From Callorhinchus milii (taxonomy: Eukaryota), in NCBI RefSeq assembly GCF_018977255.1, contig NW_024704742.1, forward strand, positions 115,880,001 to 115,944,000: 64,000 nucleotides of DNA. Reading direction: 5' to 3'. Below, in pieces: positions 1 to 13,420 of the stretch (position 1 is its first letter; each line of letters starts with the position of its first letter). A model generated the notes under the pieces. It was not told the DNA's origin. It saw only the letters and a list, made by a program, of their open reading frames with translations, and did no database searches. Both the position numbers and the translations under genes were made by a program.

Positions 1-154
1 TGTTAACTGATAGATATTTAATATCTTCTTGTAGTTTTGATTTGAGACAATTTTCAAAAGGTGCAAGCTGCATAAATGTGTTTTCAATATATGCACATAT
101 GTAGGAATGCGTATATAGGAATTTGTGTGTACACCATTACTAGGATCATTTACA

Positions 155-490
155 GAACCATAGAAATGCACTATCTAATACGAGACCATTCACCCTTTTT
201 GTGTATTAGTTCCAGAAACCATCCTCTCTCATCTCATTTCCTTGCTATTTCCTCATACCCTCTAATAGCCTTCCTCTGTCTATGTTTATCGAATTCTCTT
301 TTAAATGCCTCAATCGACTCTACTCTAACAGCCACTTCTGGCAAATCTTTCCATTCTCTGATAACCCTCTGGGAGAAGGAGTTCTTCCAAACCTCTCCTT
401 TATTCCCCTCATCACATTCTTGAATTCATGCCCTTTCTTGCTTAAATCCCCTGCCAGCAGAAGCAATGAGCTGTGCTAACTGTCAAAACC
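155..490 (-). mobile_element. Old CR1 3' fragment
   Basis: Reverse strand reads KNSFSQRVIREWKDL-type C-terminus followed by a CR1-like tail. Confidence 0.65.
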
Positions 491-859
491 AGCTCAAGCA
501 GTAGTTTAGGGCAGGTGTATGTTAAGCTTTGTACCCATTAGACCTGGGGAGCCAACTGTAAAGCAGTGGGACCTAAACAGGGAGAGGGTGGGAAAAAAAA
601 CTTTTTGTAGATGTTTTGGTAAAGCGTTTAAGGTCGGTGTCTGCACCTGTCATCCCATATATTAGAATTTTTGCAGCAAATTAAAACCGAGTATATACAA
701 CATTGTAAAATTTCCTTTCTGACTGTTCCATTTCTCTTTTATAATGGCTGTGATGATGTAATACCCTGTATGGGATGAGTGATACACAAATATTTTTGGT
801 GTGCCCCTGAGTTTGGCTTTTCTAACCAAGTGCTTGTGTACAAGGAAAGACATTTACTG

Positions 860-1170
860 GACTCTGCTCTCACACTATCGCAAGAGTGGTTTGGGTGAAG
901 AAAGCCAATTGGCCTATCTAATCTCATTCCTCCAGAACACCCACCCTATTGACCTCCCGACACAGCTTCGGACTGCTTTTTAAATGAGTCCAGTGTCCTG
1001 GCCTCTAACCAACCTTCCTGGCAATCCAGTTGTTGATCACCCTCTGAGTAAAGAAAAACTTCCTGGTCCTGAAATTGCCCTGTGCAGCTGTAAACTAGGT
1101 CTTCTTGTGCCACTGTCACGTTGCATCCTAAAATATTTTTCTGGGTTTACCTTTTCTTGTAATTTATATC
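860..1170 (-). mobile_element. Old CR1 3' fragment
   Basis: Reverse strand resembles the CR1 ORF2 end (RTRKFFFTQRVINNWIARK). Confidence 0.6.
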
Positions 1171-1399
1171 TGACACTGCTATAAACTTGGAACTGTAAAT
1201 CGAAGGATCCAACCCATATTTGTGGAATGCTTCTGTTTAAGATTTATCATCATGGTCTCTATATGATATGGAAAACAATATGTATACTATCTCGATGATT
1301 GGCTTAAGAAGTTTAGTGAAGCCTATTATACAAACTTGTGATGTACCAGAAAAGACTAAATTGTTTTTATTTACACTTAATTGGGCTAACTGCTGCCTC

Positions 1400-1810
1400 A
1401 GGTTTTCATTTAACGACAACAACTTGAATGTATATAGCGCCTTTCACACGGGCTGAGTCATGTAGAACTTAACAGTGGTGGAGTTTAACTTAAGCTGCAG
1501 AAAAAGGGGAGGTGATCATAGGCACGATCGAAGAGGAAAGTCTTCAGGTGCAATGTGAAGACTGGCAAAAGGGAGGCAAAGTAGAGGGATTGAGGCGGAG
1601 AGTTCCAGAGATTCAGGACATAGTGGCTGAAAGCACAGCAACCGATGGTGGAGCGGTGTGGTGGGGGGGAACGAGAGGCATGCGTAAGGCCAGAGCCGGC
1701 TGACTGAACCAGGTGGGTAGAGGAGTGAGATGTGAGCAGGTTTGAGAGGTAGGGAGGTGCTAGGGCATGCTTTGATTTGTTGGTGACTGTGAGGATCTTG
1801 ATATCGATTT
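1400..1810 (-). mobile_element. L2 LINE 3' fragment (old)
   Basis: Reverse strand IDIKIL...PTSQT...PSVAVLSAT...WNSP and tail gtgaaaggcgctatatacattcaagttgttg. Confidence 0.75.
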
Positions 1811-2913
1811 AACTGCCATTTTGGTTATAAATGTGCCTGAACATTTTGAGTCACTGGATACAATTACTTATACAATTACTGAGTTTATCATACAAACGGT
1901 CCTCCAATTATCATTGGTTCTTTGAGATTCAGTTACCAGTAATCGGGTGATACCATGTAACAAATAGAAATTTTTATCCTGGTTTATTAAATCTTTATTG
2001 CACAGTACACTGTCCAGTGAGGATTTTTAAACCAACCACCACATTTTGATCCAGGAGCCAATGATTCAAGAGAAGAGCGGAGTCACAATTTTGTATCTTG
2101 AGTTTTCAACGGGTTGTGCTTTGTTTTGTTTAGGTAATTCTGTAATGATATTTCGACCAACACAAAACACAAGTGAATGCCCTGGAGACTGCTATCTCGC
2201 TACCAGTGAGCGTCCTCCCTCTTACTACAGTGTTGTCTTTCACAGGTAAGAGATTAAATCATTATTTTACAATTGAATGTTTTTGTGGCACAAGGTGCTT
2301 TGGAATATGAGCCTAGGATCTGAGTGAGTTTAGCAAAACTCCAAAATATCCAAACTGAAGGTACATTGCAAATCTTTAATAATTTAATCAGATTGAGCTC
2401 TCAAGACACAAAAGAAACTGAATCAAATTTAATCCCAGATTTAACGTGTAATAGGTGATTTAATTGCTGTTTTCTCATCCATGCTCAACAGAAATAGCTA
2501 CACATGGAGCAGCTATTTGCTGGGCGAGAATATGAGCACATTGTAGAATCCGTCTTTTATATGGACTTTTTAGGATCACAAATTTTTGTTTAAAATCCTC
2601 TCCAGTTGTATAATTCTCCATTTGGTTTCTCCTTTCTATGCACCACCCTTTAGTCAACATCATAAACCATTCCATCTGTTCCAACAATCATAAATTAGTA
2701 GGTGGGGAGAAGAAGGAGGAGCTAAATTGACATTTGTGGGGAATCTCAAAATTCAAGTGAAGAAGATACACATTATTTCTGTATGTATAGAAATGAAATG
2801 ATATTCCTTGCATTTAAAAGTATTTTTACATCAGGAAGACATCTTAAAGCCTTTCACAGGATTAATTGTAAAACATAGTAACTTTCAACAACAACAACAA
2901 CTTGCATTTATAT

Positions 2914-3236
2914 AATAATAATAATAATAATAATCCTTGCATTTGATATAGCGCTTTTCACATCTTCTAGATGTCTCAAAGTGCTTCACAGAATATGCTG
3001 TAAAGTGAATTGACCGTATATTTGTGGGCGAAACGCAGCAGCCAATTGCGCACAGCAGTGTCCCACAAACAGTTGTGGATTGAAAATGACCAATTTATTA
3101 TTGTTTTGTTTTGGAGGGATTATTATTAGGCGTGTGGAGTAAGGAAACTTGCCCAAGGTTTCGCCCTCTGCCTGGAATTGACCCCAGGTGTCTCGCTTGC
3201 AAGGCGAGTGCTATAACCACTGAGCTACAGGACTCC
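2914..3236 (-). mobile_element. Young tRNA-headed SINE (short subfamily) with Deu-like body and L2-type tail
   Basis: Head GGAGTCCTGTAGCTCAGTGGTTATAGC..., body tgtgggacactgctgtgcgcaattggctgc, tail aagcgctatatcaaatgcaagg(ATT)n. Confidence 0.9.
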
Positions 3237-4725
3237 TGTATAGTGTCCTACACGCGGGGTAGTGTCCTAGAGCGTCCAATGGAGGAGTCTGACAATGAGG
3301 GGAAGAGGGAGGTGGGAGATGACTGTAAGCACACTCAAAAAGGAAGGTATTTGGACTTTCTAGATGTGTAGGCAGTTGCACCAGACATTAATATCCCACA
3401 ACTGGTTATGAAGTGAATGACAAATCTTATTTGGGGTTTTTTACGACTGGAGGAAACTCCCTTTGCTTTTGAAAAGTGCCAAGGGATCTTTAACTTCCAC
3501 CTGAACGGGCACAGACAGAACCTTGGTGGAACATCTTATCCAAAGAATGGGAGATTAAAAAATCAGTGGAAATTGTGAAAAACGTCAAGGTAATTTTTAA
3601 ACATGAACTGTAATTCTAATTCATTTACCAGAACAAATCAATATAGAGAAGTGCTTCAACATCATTCTACCTGAGTAGATAATTAAAGAAAAGCTACAGA
3701 TAGGGGTGAAAATTGCCCCCCTCCTGAACTACTTAGCACTTTGTCATGCAAATGCATTTTCAAGGTGATTGTGATCTTGAATCGTTATCTTATTTACATC
3801 TTCATGTTATTCTGGGGAAATGAGGACAAGATAAAAATATTTTTAAAGCAAATAATTATTGTATTTATTGTTTATGTGTGTTAACTAAACTCCCTTGGGT
3901 CTTTCAGTGCATTACTGAATGAAGTTTAAAATCTCCTCTTTGTGGCTTCAGTTGAACTTATTTTTACATCTTGCTGTAAAGCTGATTTAAACCAGAATTA
4001 ACATGCTATCATATGTGTTTGATCAAATGCGCTTTCAATGCAAGGGAGAAGCAACTTCCTATGAGATTTTATATTAAGATGTTACAAAACTAATGGATTA
4101 TTTCTGTGTGTAGCAACCAGCAATGATCATTTGTGTTTCTGTTGCAATTATAAATAATATAAGGTAATTTGCTGAAACTTTAACAGTTTGAACTGTTGAA
4201 ATGAGATGCACAGCTTTTCTAATGTTGTTGGTCTTTTTGGTCAGTCAAGTGTCCAATACACGTGGAAACCCATCAGACTGCTTGAGTTTCCAAATCCAAG
4301 CATGGACAATTCCACATATGTATGGTTTCTATTTGGCTGTCAAGGAGTGAGCACTCGCCCATTGATCCCTCAATGCAACTGTAAACAGTGCACCCTGCTT
4401 ACCTAACACAGAGATTCTAAGGGCAAGTTGGCAAGAGCCAAGCTTTAGGACACTGGATTGCGCAGTGGGGTGATGCTGGAATTTAACCTTCTAAAACCAA
4501 GCCAGATACCATTTAGAATATAAGTAAGATTCCCACTGCCTGTCCAAGTAGGAGCACCTTACTACCCATCAGGATTTGGCTTGCAGATAATCTAGTCAAG
4601 CAGGAAGAAGACACAATTTACCTCCCACATAATAGTCACTCATTGCTAATTAGACACTTTACAAGTACAGGTTTAAGCCCTCGCTAGGTAGGTGGAAGGT
4701 AACTGCTTTTGTAGAATACCTGGAT

Positions 4726-5355
4726 TAACATAACATGTAGGAGCAGGAGTAGGCCATTCAGCCCTTCGAGCCTGCCCTGCCATTCAATCATGGCTGATCT
4801 TCTAATCTAACTCCAGCTAATAACCTGACCCTGCCTTATCCCCATATCTCTTAATCCCTTTTGCAATAAGAAATCTATCTATCTCAGTCTTAAATACGTT
4901 CAAGGACTGAGCGTCAACAGCCCTTTGGAGTAGTGAGTTCCATACATTCACTACCCTTTGAGTGAAGAAGTTCTTCCTCAACTCAGTGCAAAAGGGCTGG
5001 CCTCTGATTTTAAGGTTGTGACCCCTGGTTTTAGTTTCTCCAACCAGGGGAAACAATCTCCCACTATCTACTCTATCGTGCCCTTTGATGATCTTATAGG
5101 TTTCCATAAGATCCCCTCTAATTCTTCTATATTCTAGAGAATATATGCCCAAATTGGTCAGCCTATCCTCATAACTCATCCCCTTCATCCCTGGTACTAA
5201 CCTAGTAAATCTACGCTGCACTCCCTCCAAGGCAAATACATCCTTCCTTAAATGAGGAGACCAAAACTGGAAACAGTATTCCAGGTGTGGTCTCACCAGG
5301 GCCCTATACAGTTGCAGCAAGACTTCCCTACTCTTATACTCTAATCCTTTCATAA
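4726..5355 (-). mobile_element. CR1 LINE 3' fragment
   Basis: ORF 4817-5353 (LVRPHLEYC.QFWSP, FFTQRVVNVWNSL) plus 3'UTR ending catgttatgtta. Confidence 0.92.
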
Positions 5356-5446
5356 TGATTATTTCATAGCATTGATCAAAGCCAGAGGTATAATCACCTT
5401 GCCATTGAAAGCACTATCTGGCAAATTATGTGAAACTACATACTTT

Positions 5447-5783
5447 GTGGAGTCCTGTAGCTCAGTGGTTAGAGCACTCGCTTTGCAAGCGAGAGACCTG
5501 AGTTCAATCCCAGGCAGGTCAGGGCGAAACCTTGGGCAAGTTTCCTTACTCCACACAGAGCCTAATAATAATCCCTCCAAAAACCAAAAACAATAATAAA
5601 TTGGTCATTTTCAATCTAAGACTGTTTGTGGGACATTGCTGTGCGCAATTGGCTGCCGCGTTCGCCCACAAATATACAGTCAATTCACTTTACAGTGTGT
5701 TCTGTGAAGCGTTTTGGGACGTCCTCCCGACGTGAAAAGCGCTATATCAAATGCAAGGATTATTATTATTATTATTATTATTA
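5447..5783 (+). mobile_element. Young tRNA-headed SINE (short subfamily)
   Basis: A box TAGCTCAGTGG, B box GAGTTCAATCC, Deu-like body, L2 tail, (ATT)n. Confidence 0.93.
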
Positions 5784-6789
5784 CTTGCTTCATGAAAAAC
5801 AATAACAGATATATTAAGGTATTGCAACTATAAACTCCCTTAAGTCTTTTAGTGCACTACTGAATGATGTTTAGTCTGCTCACTGTGGCTTCAGTTGAAC
5901 TTATTTTTACATCTTGCTTTAAAGATGATTTAAACCAGAGTTAATATCTTCTATTGTTTAGCATTCCATAACCTGATTGATGAAAAACAATTATTCTTAA
6001 TTTGTTTTATCTTTCACGTACTTTAGGATCAGTTGATTGCCAAGTTGGGGAGGGGGAAGGGGAAAGAAGTTGTAAAGATGTTGCTCTTTTCTTCATGACA
6101 GCCTCGTGAGATCCATTTGATCCCTCCTCACTCCCAATCTGGTATGAGGAGTGCAGCCAAATAATAAGAATCTGTTTCATGCAGTAGTAATGTCTTGATG
6201 TTGCTCTCTTGTAATCTTATAGTTTTATTTAAAGTGCTATTTCTTCATGAGCCATTTATCAACAACAAATTGATTTTATATAGTGGCTTTCGCATCACGA
6301 AGATGTCTCGAGGTGCTGGCAGTTGAGGGTTTGTACCCCAGCTGGGGGTTGCATTTAGGAGGGATGGGGGTCAGTGGGGTGGGGGGATGTCAAGAGGTGG
6401 GGGGGAAGATGACTGACGGCTCGGTCAAAGAGGAAAGTCTTGAGAAAGATCGTAACTGTTGTCTATGGTGTTGTCCTAAATTGTGTTGCAATTATAGTGT
6501 CTCTATAACAGTTTGTTATTTCTGTTGCAACAGTATGTTGATTGAATTATGGAAAGCAAATGAATAAATACTTGTAACATGGAAAGTAACGTTATATAAA
6601 TATTCTAAGATCTTTAGTTAGTTACATTTGGAGGGAAGCAGAAACTTTGCAGACCCTGAAACATCTGCCATAATCTAATAAACTAATGGAGCATACTCAT
6701 GAAGCTGAATGGCCTCCTCTCGCTCCTAATCTCTGCTATGATAGCTTTCGGTTGTGTCTCCCATTTCCTCAGTGCTTCCTCTTATGACA

Positions 6790-7935
6790 TGAACAGGATA
6801 CTGGCCTATATTGCTAAATCAGTTGAGTTTAGATCCTCCAACATATTCAGGCTGTACAGTGCCCCAGTCAGACCACATGTTGATTAATGCATACAATTCT
6901 GGTCACCATCACATTAGGGGGCTGCCAAGGTCCTAGTGCTAGTGCAGGGGAGAGCAACAAGGATGATCCCAAGTGGAATGAGCTATGAGCAATGAGAGAG
7001 AGATTGCATTGATTTTAGAGGCTCTCAAGGTGCTGCTTCAGATAGCACTAAACATGACTACTGAGCATGTGTATCGCACACATTGGAGGCTTGTGGTTTG
7101 ATCATGAAGGAGCAGGCTGACTTCCATTCTCATGAGGAATGTATGAGGCTGGTTGTAGCTTTGTATGAGATTGTAGAACGTTGTAAGGCTAAGGAGAAAC
7201 CCACCTACATTGCATTCATCGACTTCCACAAAGCCTCATGAAGCCCTCATGATGAAATTGGAAGCCATGGAATACATTGCCAAATCTTGGGTTTTATCCA
7301 GAATGTGTGCTCCAGCTCCAAGATCATTGTAAGGATAAGCAGTGGACTTACTGAGCCCATCTCTCTTGAAAGGTAGTAAGGCTGCCTATTGTCATCCACG
7401 CACAATGTATTCATCAATGACATGTTGAATGACAGCCAAAGGAGAGACTGCACACTCCATTCCAATAAATATCTTGGGAATTTCCTTATATAAGTGGGAT
7501 GCATGAAACACTGTTTGGTTTGGATACTCTTACCAATGGTGCTGGGGTTCTGCATGCGTCAGACACTTGGCTGACCAAAAAAAAACAATAATTAGACAAG
7601 CTAGGGCTCTTCAGCCCTTAGAGAAGATAACTCAGATGAGACCTCATAAAGTTGTATACAATTTTAATTAGAATGAAAATGTATACCACGATCAATACTT
7701 TAGGAGGCAGCAAGGCAGTACAGCACGAGAATATTGCTTTAGAGTTGTAAATTTCAGGACAGATACCAGTACATTTTTCTTTACTCAGAAAGACTGGTGT
7801 CCATGAAAGATGGTAGAGGCAAGGACAGTGGACTCATTTAAGAAGCAACTTGATGCTTTAATGGGGAGACTTATGAAAGGATGATAGTGGTTAGGCCAAA
7901 GGGCCTTCTTCATCCAAACCAACCTTGTGATCTCA
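6790..7935 (+). mobile_element. Old CR1 3' fragment interrupted by a different RT fragment
   Basis: NRILAYIAKS..LYSAPVRPHV..QFWSP..GMSYEQ stops at about 6992 and resumes RLDKLGLFS at about 7590. Confidence 0.7.
6995..7560 (+). mobile_element. Non-CR1 non-LTR reverse transcriptase fragment (possibly RTEX/RTE-related)
   Basis: Hand translation across frameshifts: ...IALILEALKVLLQI...KEQADFHSHEECMRLVVALYEIVERCKAKEKPTYIAFIDFHKA...HEALMMKL...CLLSSTHNVFINDML. Confidence 0.7.
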
Positions 7936-8458
7936 TGAGCTGAAGATTCCTCAGCTCTTGTAAGGTTACTACATGGTAAGCTCCTAAAATAATACTATCA
8001 TTGCACTTTTCTCTGTATGCAGGACCTATCTAATAATGCTTGGAAACTAAATGTTATTAAGTCCAAATCAAGGTTAGATAATCCAACATATACAAACTTA
8101 AATTGGAGAGTGACCTGCAGATAAAAGATTTTTCCTTCCAATAAAAACATATGGGGTCTATTATGCAAGTTGTATAAATCATGTGGAACTGCATGAGTAT
8201 TAAGCGCCATGTGTTAACCCATGTGTACAGAGGGAAATGCCCTTAATTATATAATTAACAACCAATGTAAAGGGTGTATTAATTATGTAATTATGTAATT
8301 AATACACTTGCATTTATACATGGGTCACACGTAGTTTACACAACTCACATAACAGACGCGAGATTAGACAGATTACTTGTATTGGAATGCTGCCAACATT
8401 TTAGTTGTAATTTTCGAATAAACAATTTAACTGAAATACGATTGAACTCATTGCTTCC

Positions 8459-8703
8459 CAGAATATACTGTAAAGTGAATTGACTGTATATTTGTGGGCA
8501 AAATGTGGCAGCCAATTGCGCACAGCAGTGTCCCACAAACAGTCGTAGATTGAAAATGACCAATTTATTATTGTTTTGTTTTGGAGGGATTATTATTAGG
8601 CTCTGTGTGGAGTAAGGAAACTTGCCCAAGGTTTCGCCCTGCCTGGAATTGAACTCAGGTCTCTCGCTTGCTAAGCGAGTGCTCTAACCACTGAGCTGAC
8701 TCC
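8459..8703 (-). mobile_element. Young SINE lacking its 3' tail
   Basis: Same head and body as 5447-5783. Confidence 0.88.
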
Positions 8704-8739
8704 GGTACATGTAACAACATAAGTCTCTGGTACATGTAA

Positions 8740-9365
8740 CACAACAACAAGATTACAACAACAACAACAAGATTCCATTTATAGAGCGCCTTTCACATTG
8801 GGAGGACGTCTCAAGGCGCTGTACGGTTGGGTCAGGACCCGAGCAGGGGGGAAATGGTCAGGGTGAGGGGAAGGAAGGGAGGGAGCGAGGAGGGGGTAGA
8901 GAGTCGAGAGGGGAGCTGAAGGCACGGTCAAAGAGAAAGGTCTTGAGATCGGCCTTGAAGGAGGAAAGGGAGGAGGCAAGGCGAAGGCACTGGGGGATGG
9001 AGTTCCAGAGCCTAGGGGCTGAGAGGCTGAAGACCCGGCCACCGATGGTAGGGCGGTTTGGGCGGGGGATGTGGAGCAAACCGGAGCCAGGAACGGAGGG
9101 TACGGGCAGGTAGGTAGGGGGATAGTAGGTCGGAGAGGTAGGAGGGAGCAAGACCGTGAATGGCCTTGTAGGTGAGGATGAGGATCTTGAAATCGATCCT
9201 CTGGGGGATGGGGAGCCAGTGGAGGCGAGCGAGGGTGGGAGTGATGTGGTCCCGAAGCCTGGTGCATTTGTATAGCGCCTTTCGCGTTGGGAGGATGTCC
9301 CAAGGCCCTGGACAGAGTACAGCATTTCAGACCTGAGCTGGGGTTGGGGGGAGGTGGGGGGAGGG
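8740..9365 (-). mobile_element. L2 LINE 3' fragment plus a second L2 tail (9255-9365)
   Basis: LHWLP..QRIDFKIL; IGGRVFSLSAPRLWNSIP; SFKADLKTFLF; tail ending (GTT)n. Confidence 0.9.
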
Positions 9366-9659
9366 GATACATACTATACTTTCATCTTAATAACCAAACA
9401 AAGGAATCTATGAATCCTAGATCCTTTTTATTTTTTATAGAATCCAGAGTGAACCAAAATTACATATGACCTTTCATTTCTGACTGCTCTTAAATGTTAG
9501 CAGACCTTTCAAACCTTATAACATAAGCAGTAGTAAACTATTTATTAATTATGATTGAGTTAATGCTCAAACATGGGTGTTAATGTACAATAGGATCTAA
9601 CTTGTTCACTGGCTCATGATTGCAACTTGGTTTTAGTCCAAACATATTGTTTGGTGTAA

Positions 9660-9800
9660 ACAAAACGCAAAATATTGCAAATGCTGGAAATCGGAAACAA
9701 AAACAGAAGTCACTGGGAACACTCAGCAGGTCAGGCAGCACTTATGGAGAAAGAAAAGTGAATCAACGTTTCGGGTCCATGACCCTTCATCAGAACTGAG
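9660..9800 (+). mobile_element. Penelope-like element terminal fragment
   Basis: aaatgctggaaatc...actcagcaggtcaggcagca...aacgtttcgggtc..gacccttcatcagaactg, a motif I recall as typical of chondrichthyan Penelope-derived repeats. Confidence 0.6.
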
Positions 9801-10383
9801 CGACTTCTCATTCTTTGGTGTAACTTGACAGAAATTAAAGTTCTTCTTGCATATTTATAACATAATAGATTTGGACCAACGACCACGATGGGGATCAATA
9901 TATTTATTTGGTTATAGTTGTAGGTTAGGAGAGATTATTTCTAGTGTATATTTCAGTGTTCTTTATAATTAACAGAACCTTTTCATTGGTTCCAGTAATA
10001 CCGTACAGCATCTGCTTCCAGCTCTAATACAGATGCTCAAAACTGCGATGCTGAATGTGGTATTTGTGGGACCACAGATTAACATCCCGAAAAACTGCAC
10101 CTCAAACAATGCAGCATTCCCTGAACACTGCACCTCAATGGCATAAGGTTCTACATCAAATGCAAGGATATTAATTATTATTATTACAAATTAACTGGAA
10201 CAAGATTTCGAGCAAGTGTAGTTTAGTCCAGGCTGCTGGAACTCATTAAACAAAATAACTTGATGTTGTAACGGGAGCACAGCATAGTGAATTTTCTAGA
10301 AGGATGAGATCAAATGATTTGAAAGAACCTTCTTCATTTGAACTTCTCTTGTGACCTTGTGGTTATTCTCATTTAACATATAA

Positions 10384-10565
10384 AGGGAGAAATTCCACTG
10401 GGGTCTAAATTTACTCTTTTTTTCTTAACATTTCAGATGGAGAAGAATTTGGCAAATTGATGAATTGTCTTAACTTTCAAGCCATTTTTTTGTAAGCTCT
10501 TTTAAGAATTTACCAAAATACTAAGAAAATAGAGTAAATGTAGGCCCGGGGTTGAATTTTTATCC
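10384..10565. mobile_element. MITE-like element with imperfect TIRs of about 40 bp
   Basis: ggagaaattccactggggtctaaatttactctttttttctta versus the right-end reverse complement ggataaaaattcaaccccgggcctacatttactctattttctta. Confidence 0.6.
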
Positions 10566-11089
10566 ACAGAGTCAGTGAATCTTCTTGAAGCCAAAAGTTT
10601 AAAAGAGCTCACGGCAAATTATTAACATCCGCTGTTATCTAAGATGGGTCTGCGTTCCTGCATGGTACAAAATGCATTACTGGAAACCTAAATCCCAATC
10701 TCAGAAGCTTACTAATACTATGCGATATTACCATTTCCTATATTGTAAACATACGGTTTGTCTGAGTAGAAGTTGTGAGAAATAAATGGATTTGTGGCCT
10801 CTGAGAATCATACACCGATTTCCCAAACTACTTCCGTTAGGACCCTTTACAGTCATTTGAGAATAAAGACGTTTTCATTGCAGCTTTGGGCTGGATTCAA
10901 ATCTAGGTCTGAGAGGTTAAAGGACAAGATTCTAATGCACTGTGCCACCCAATGTTTAAAATGTAGCAACAGAATAAGAACATAAGAAATGCTAGACAAA
11001 AAAAGACCAAGGTCCATCTAGTTCGCCTTCCACCTTCCTGGCGGTCGCATGCACATATATCCCAAACTACCTATGTACTATATCCCATA

Positions 11090-11640
11090 ATGTCAGAGCG
11101 CTTTACAGTAATGGATCCCGGGACCGAGCTGGGGGAGGGGGGGAAGGTGACCAAAGGCAAGGTCGAAAAGAAAGGTCTTCAGCAGAGACCTAAAAATGGG
11201 AAGGAAGGGAGCGAGACGAAGGGAGTGAAGAAGGCAGTTCCAGAGCCTCGGGGCATAGTGGCTGAAGGCACGGTCGCCGAGGGTGGAGCGGAGGACTCGG
11301 GGGACGAGGAGGAGGCCAGACCCGGAGGAACAAAGGCAACGGGTACTGTTTTGAGGAGAGAGGAAGTCAGAGAGGTAGGGGGGTGTAGAGGAGTGCAGGG
11401 TATTCAATGAGGATCTTGAAATCGATCCTCTCTGGGATAGGCAGCCAGTGCAGTCAGGTAAGGACTGGGGTTATCGGGGAGCGGAGTTTGGTGCGGGAGA
11501 GAATGCAGGCGGCAGAGTTTTGAATAATCTGGATTTTATGGATGGTAGTGGATGGAGACCGGCGAGGAGGGCGTTAGAATAGTCCAGCCGAGAGTTGACA
11601 AAGGCATGGACCAGGGTTTCAGCGGCCTTTGGGGAGAGGT
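11090..11640 (-). mobile_element. L2 LINE 3' fragment
   Basis: GDRAFSHYAPRLWN..FRSLLKTFLF; SRLDYSNALL upstream. Confidence 0.88.
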
Positions 11641-11854
11641 ATTGGCGTCTCCCTAGGGAGGCTCTTCTACAGTTTCACTATTCCCTCACTGAAATAGTTT
11701 GTGATCTTCTAATCAATGGGAACCATTCCAGAATCCAGGGAATTTTGGAAGATCGAAAACAAAGCTTCCACCTCCTTTAAGACCCTAGGATGCAGGCCAT
11801 CAGGTCTAGGGGATTTATCATTTTTTTAATCCTATCAATTTCTCTAATACTATT

Positions 11855-12166
11855 AATAATAATAATAATCCTTGCATTTGATATAGCGCTTTTCACGTCG
11901 GGAGGACATCCCAAAGCGCTTCACAGAATATACTGTAAAGTGAATTGACCGTATATTTGTGGGCGAACGCGGCAGACAATTGCGCACAGCAATGTCCCAC
12001 AAACAGTCGTAGATTGAAAATGACCAATTTATTATTGTTTTGGAGGATTATTATTAGGCGTGTGGAGTAAGGAAACTTGCCCAAGGTTTCGCCCTGTGCC
12101 TGGAAGTGAACTCAGGTCTCTCGCACGCAAAGCGAGTGCTCTAACCACTGAGCTACAGGACTCCAC
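11855..12166 (-). mobile_element. Young SINE inserted in CR1 copy A
   Basis: Full head-body-tail structure with CR1 sequence on both sides. Confidence 0.92.
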
Positions 12167-13420
12167 AGTATTGATTTACTGATGTTCATTTTGTTATGTT
12201 TCTCACTAACATTAGCCTCCAGATTCCCCTCTATTTTCGGTAAGTTTTCAGTGTCCTCTAATGTGAAGACAGAAGCAAAATATTTGTTTAATGACTGTGC
12301 CATTTCTTTATTCCCCCTTATAATTTCTCCTGTCTCTGCCTGCAATGGACCCAGATTCACTTTTGATAGTCTCTTCCTCTTTATGTACTTGTAAAAACTC
12401 TTACAATTTGTCATTATGTTCCTAGCTAGTTTACCCTCATATTCTCCCTCTTAATCAGTTTCTTGGTTTTCCTTTGCTGATCTCTAAAGCCTTCCCAATC
12501 CTCAGGTTTACTGATCTTTTTGGCAGTATTATAGGCCTCTTTCTTTTAATTTGATACTTTCCCTAACTTCTCTAGTTAGCCAAGATTGAACCACTTTTCC
12601 CGTGGTATTTTTATTTTTTAAGGAAATATGTGATTGCTGGGAATTATGTACTATATCTTTAAACGTTTGCTATTGCTGGTCTACTGTCATATTTTTTAAT
12701 CTAATTTCCCAGTCTATTTTAGCCAAATCTTCTCTCATATTCTGCAAAGTTGGCTTTATTTAGATTTAAGACCTTTGCTTCGGATTCAGTTATATTACTC
12801 GCTAACTTAATGTTAAATTCCATCATGTTATGGCCACTCTGCTCTAGAGAAGCCTTGACTTCCAGATTGCTGATTAGCCCTATTTCATTACACAAAAGAA
12901 GATCTAGGATAGCCTGTTCCCTGGTTGGTTCCTCAGCATACTGATCTAGAAAACTATCTCTAATGCATTCTATAAACTCATCCTCTAATTTACTTTTGCC
13001 AATTTGGTATTCCCAACTCTATATGAAGATTGAAATCACCCACTATTAGTGTATTCCCCTTGCTACATGCTCCTCTAATTTTCTGATTAATACCCTGCCC
13101 AATACTGTAACTGCTATTTGGGGTCTATAAACTACTCCCACTAGTGTCTTCTGCCCCTTGTTGTTTCTTACCTCCACCAATTCTTACTCTACATCCTGAT
13201 TTTCTGATTTAAAATCCTTCCTCTCTACTGTTTTTATCTCATCCTTTATTAGCAGAGCTATTCCCCCACCTCATTTTCCACATTGCCTATCTTTCCTATA
13301 TGTTGAATACCCTGGAATGTTTAGCATCCACCCTTGGTCTCCCTGTAACCACGTCTCAGTAATAGCCACTAGATCGTACCCATTTATGTCTATTTGTGCT
13401 CTTAATTCGTCTATCTTTTT

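Noticed and set aside
5447..5525. tRNA-Ala(TGC) gene, and the equivalent heads at the other copies
   Set aside because: Always fused to a SINE body and L2-type tail and lacking a poly-T terminator, so these are SINE heads.
5532..5735. Recurrent small ORFs (MGKFPYST..., MEGLLLGVWSKETC...) suggesting a multigene family
   Set aside because: These are translations of SINE copies.
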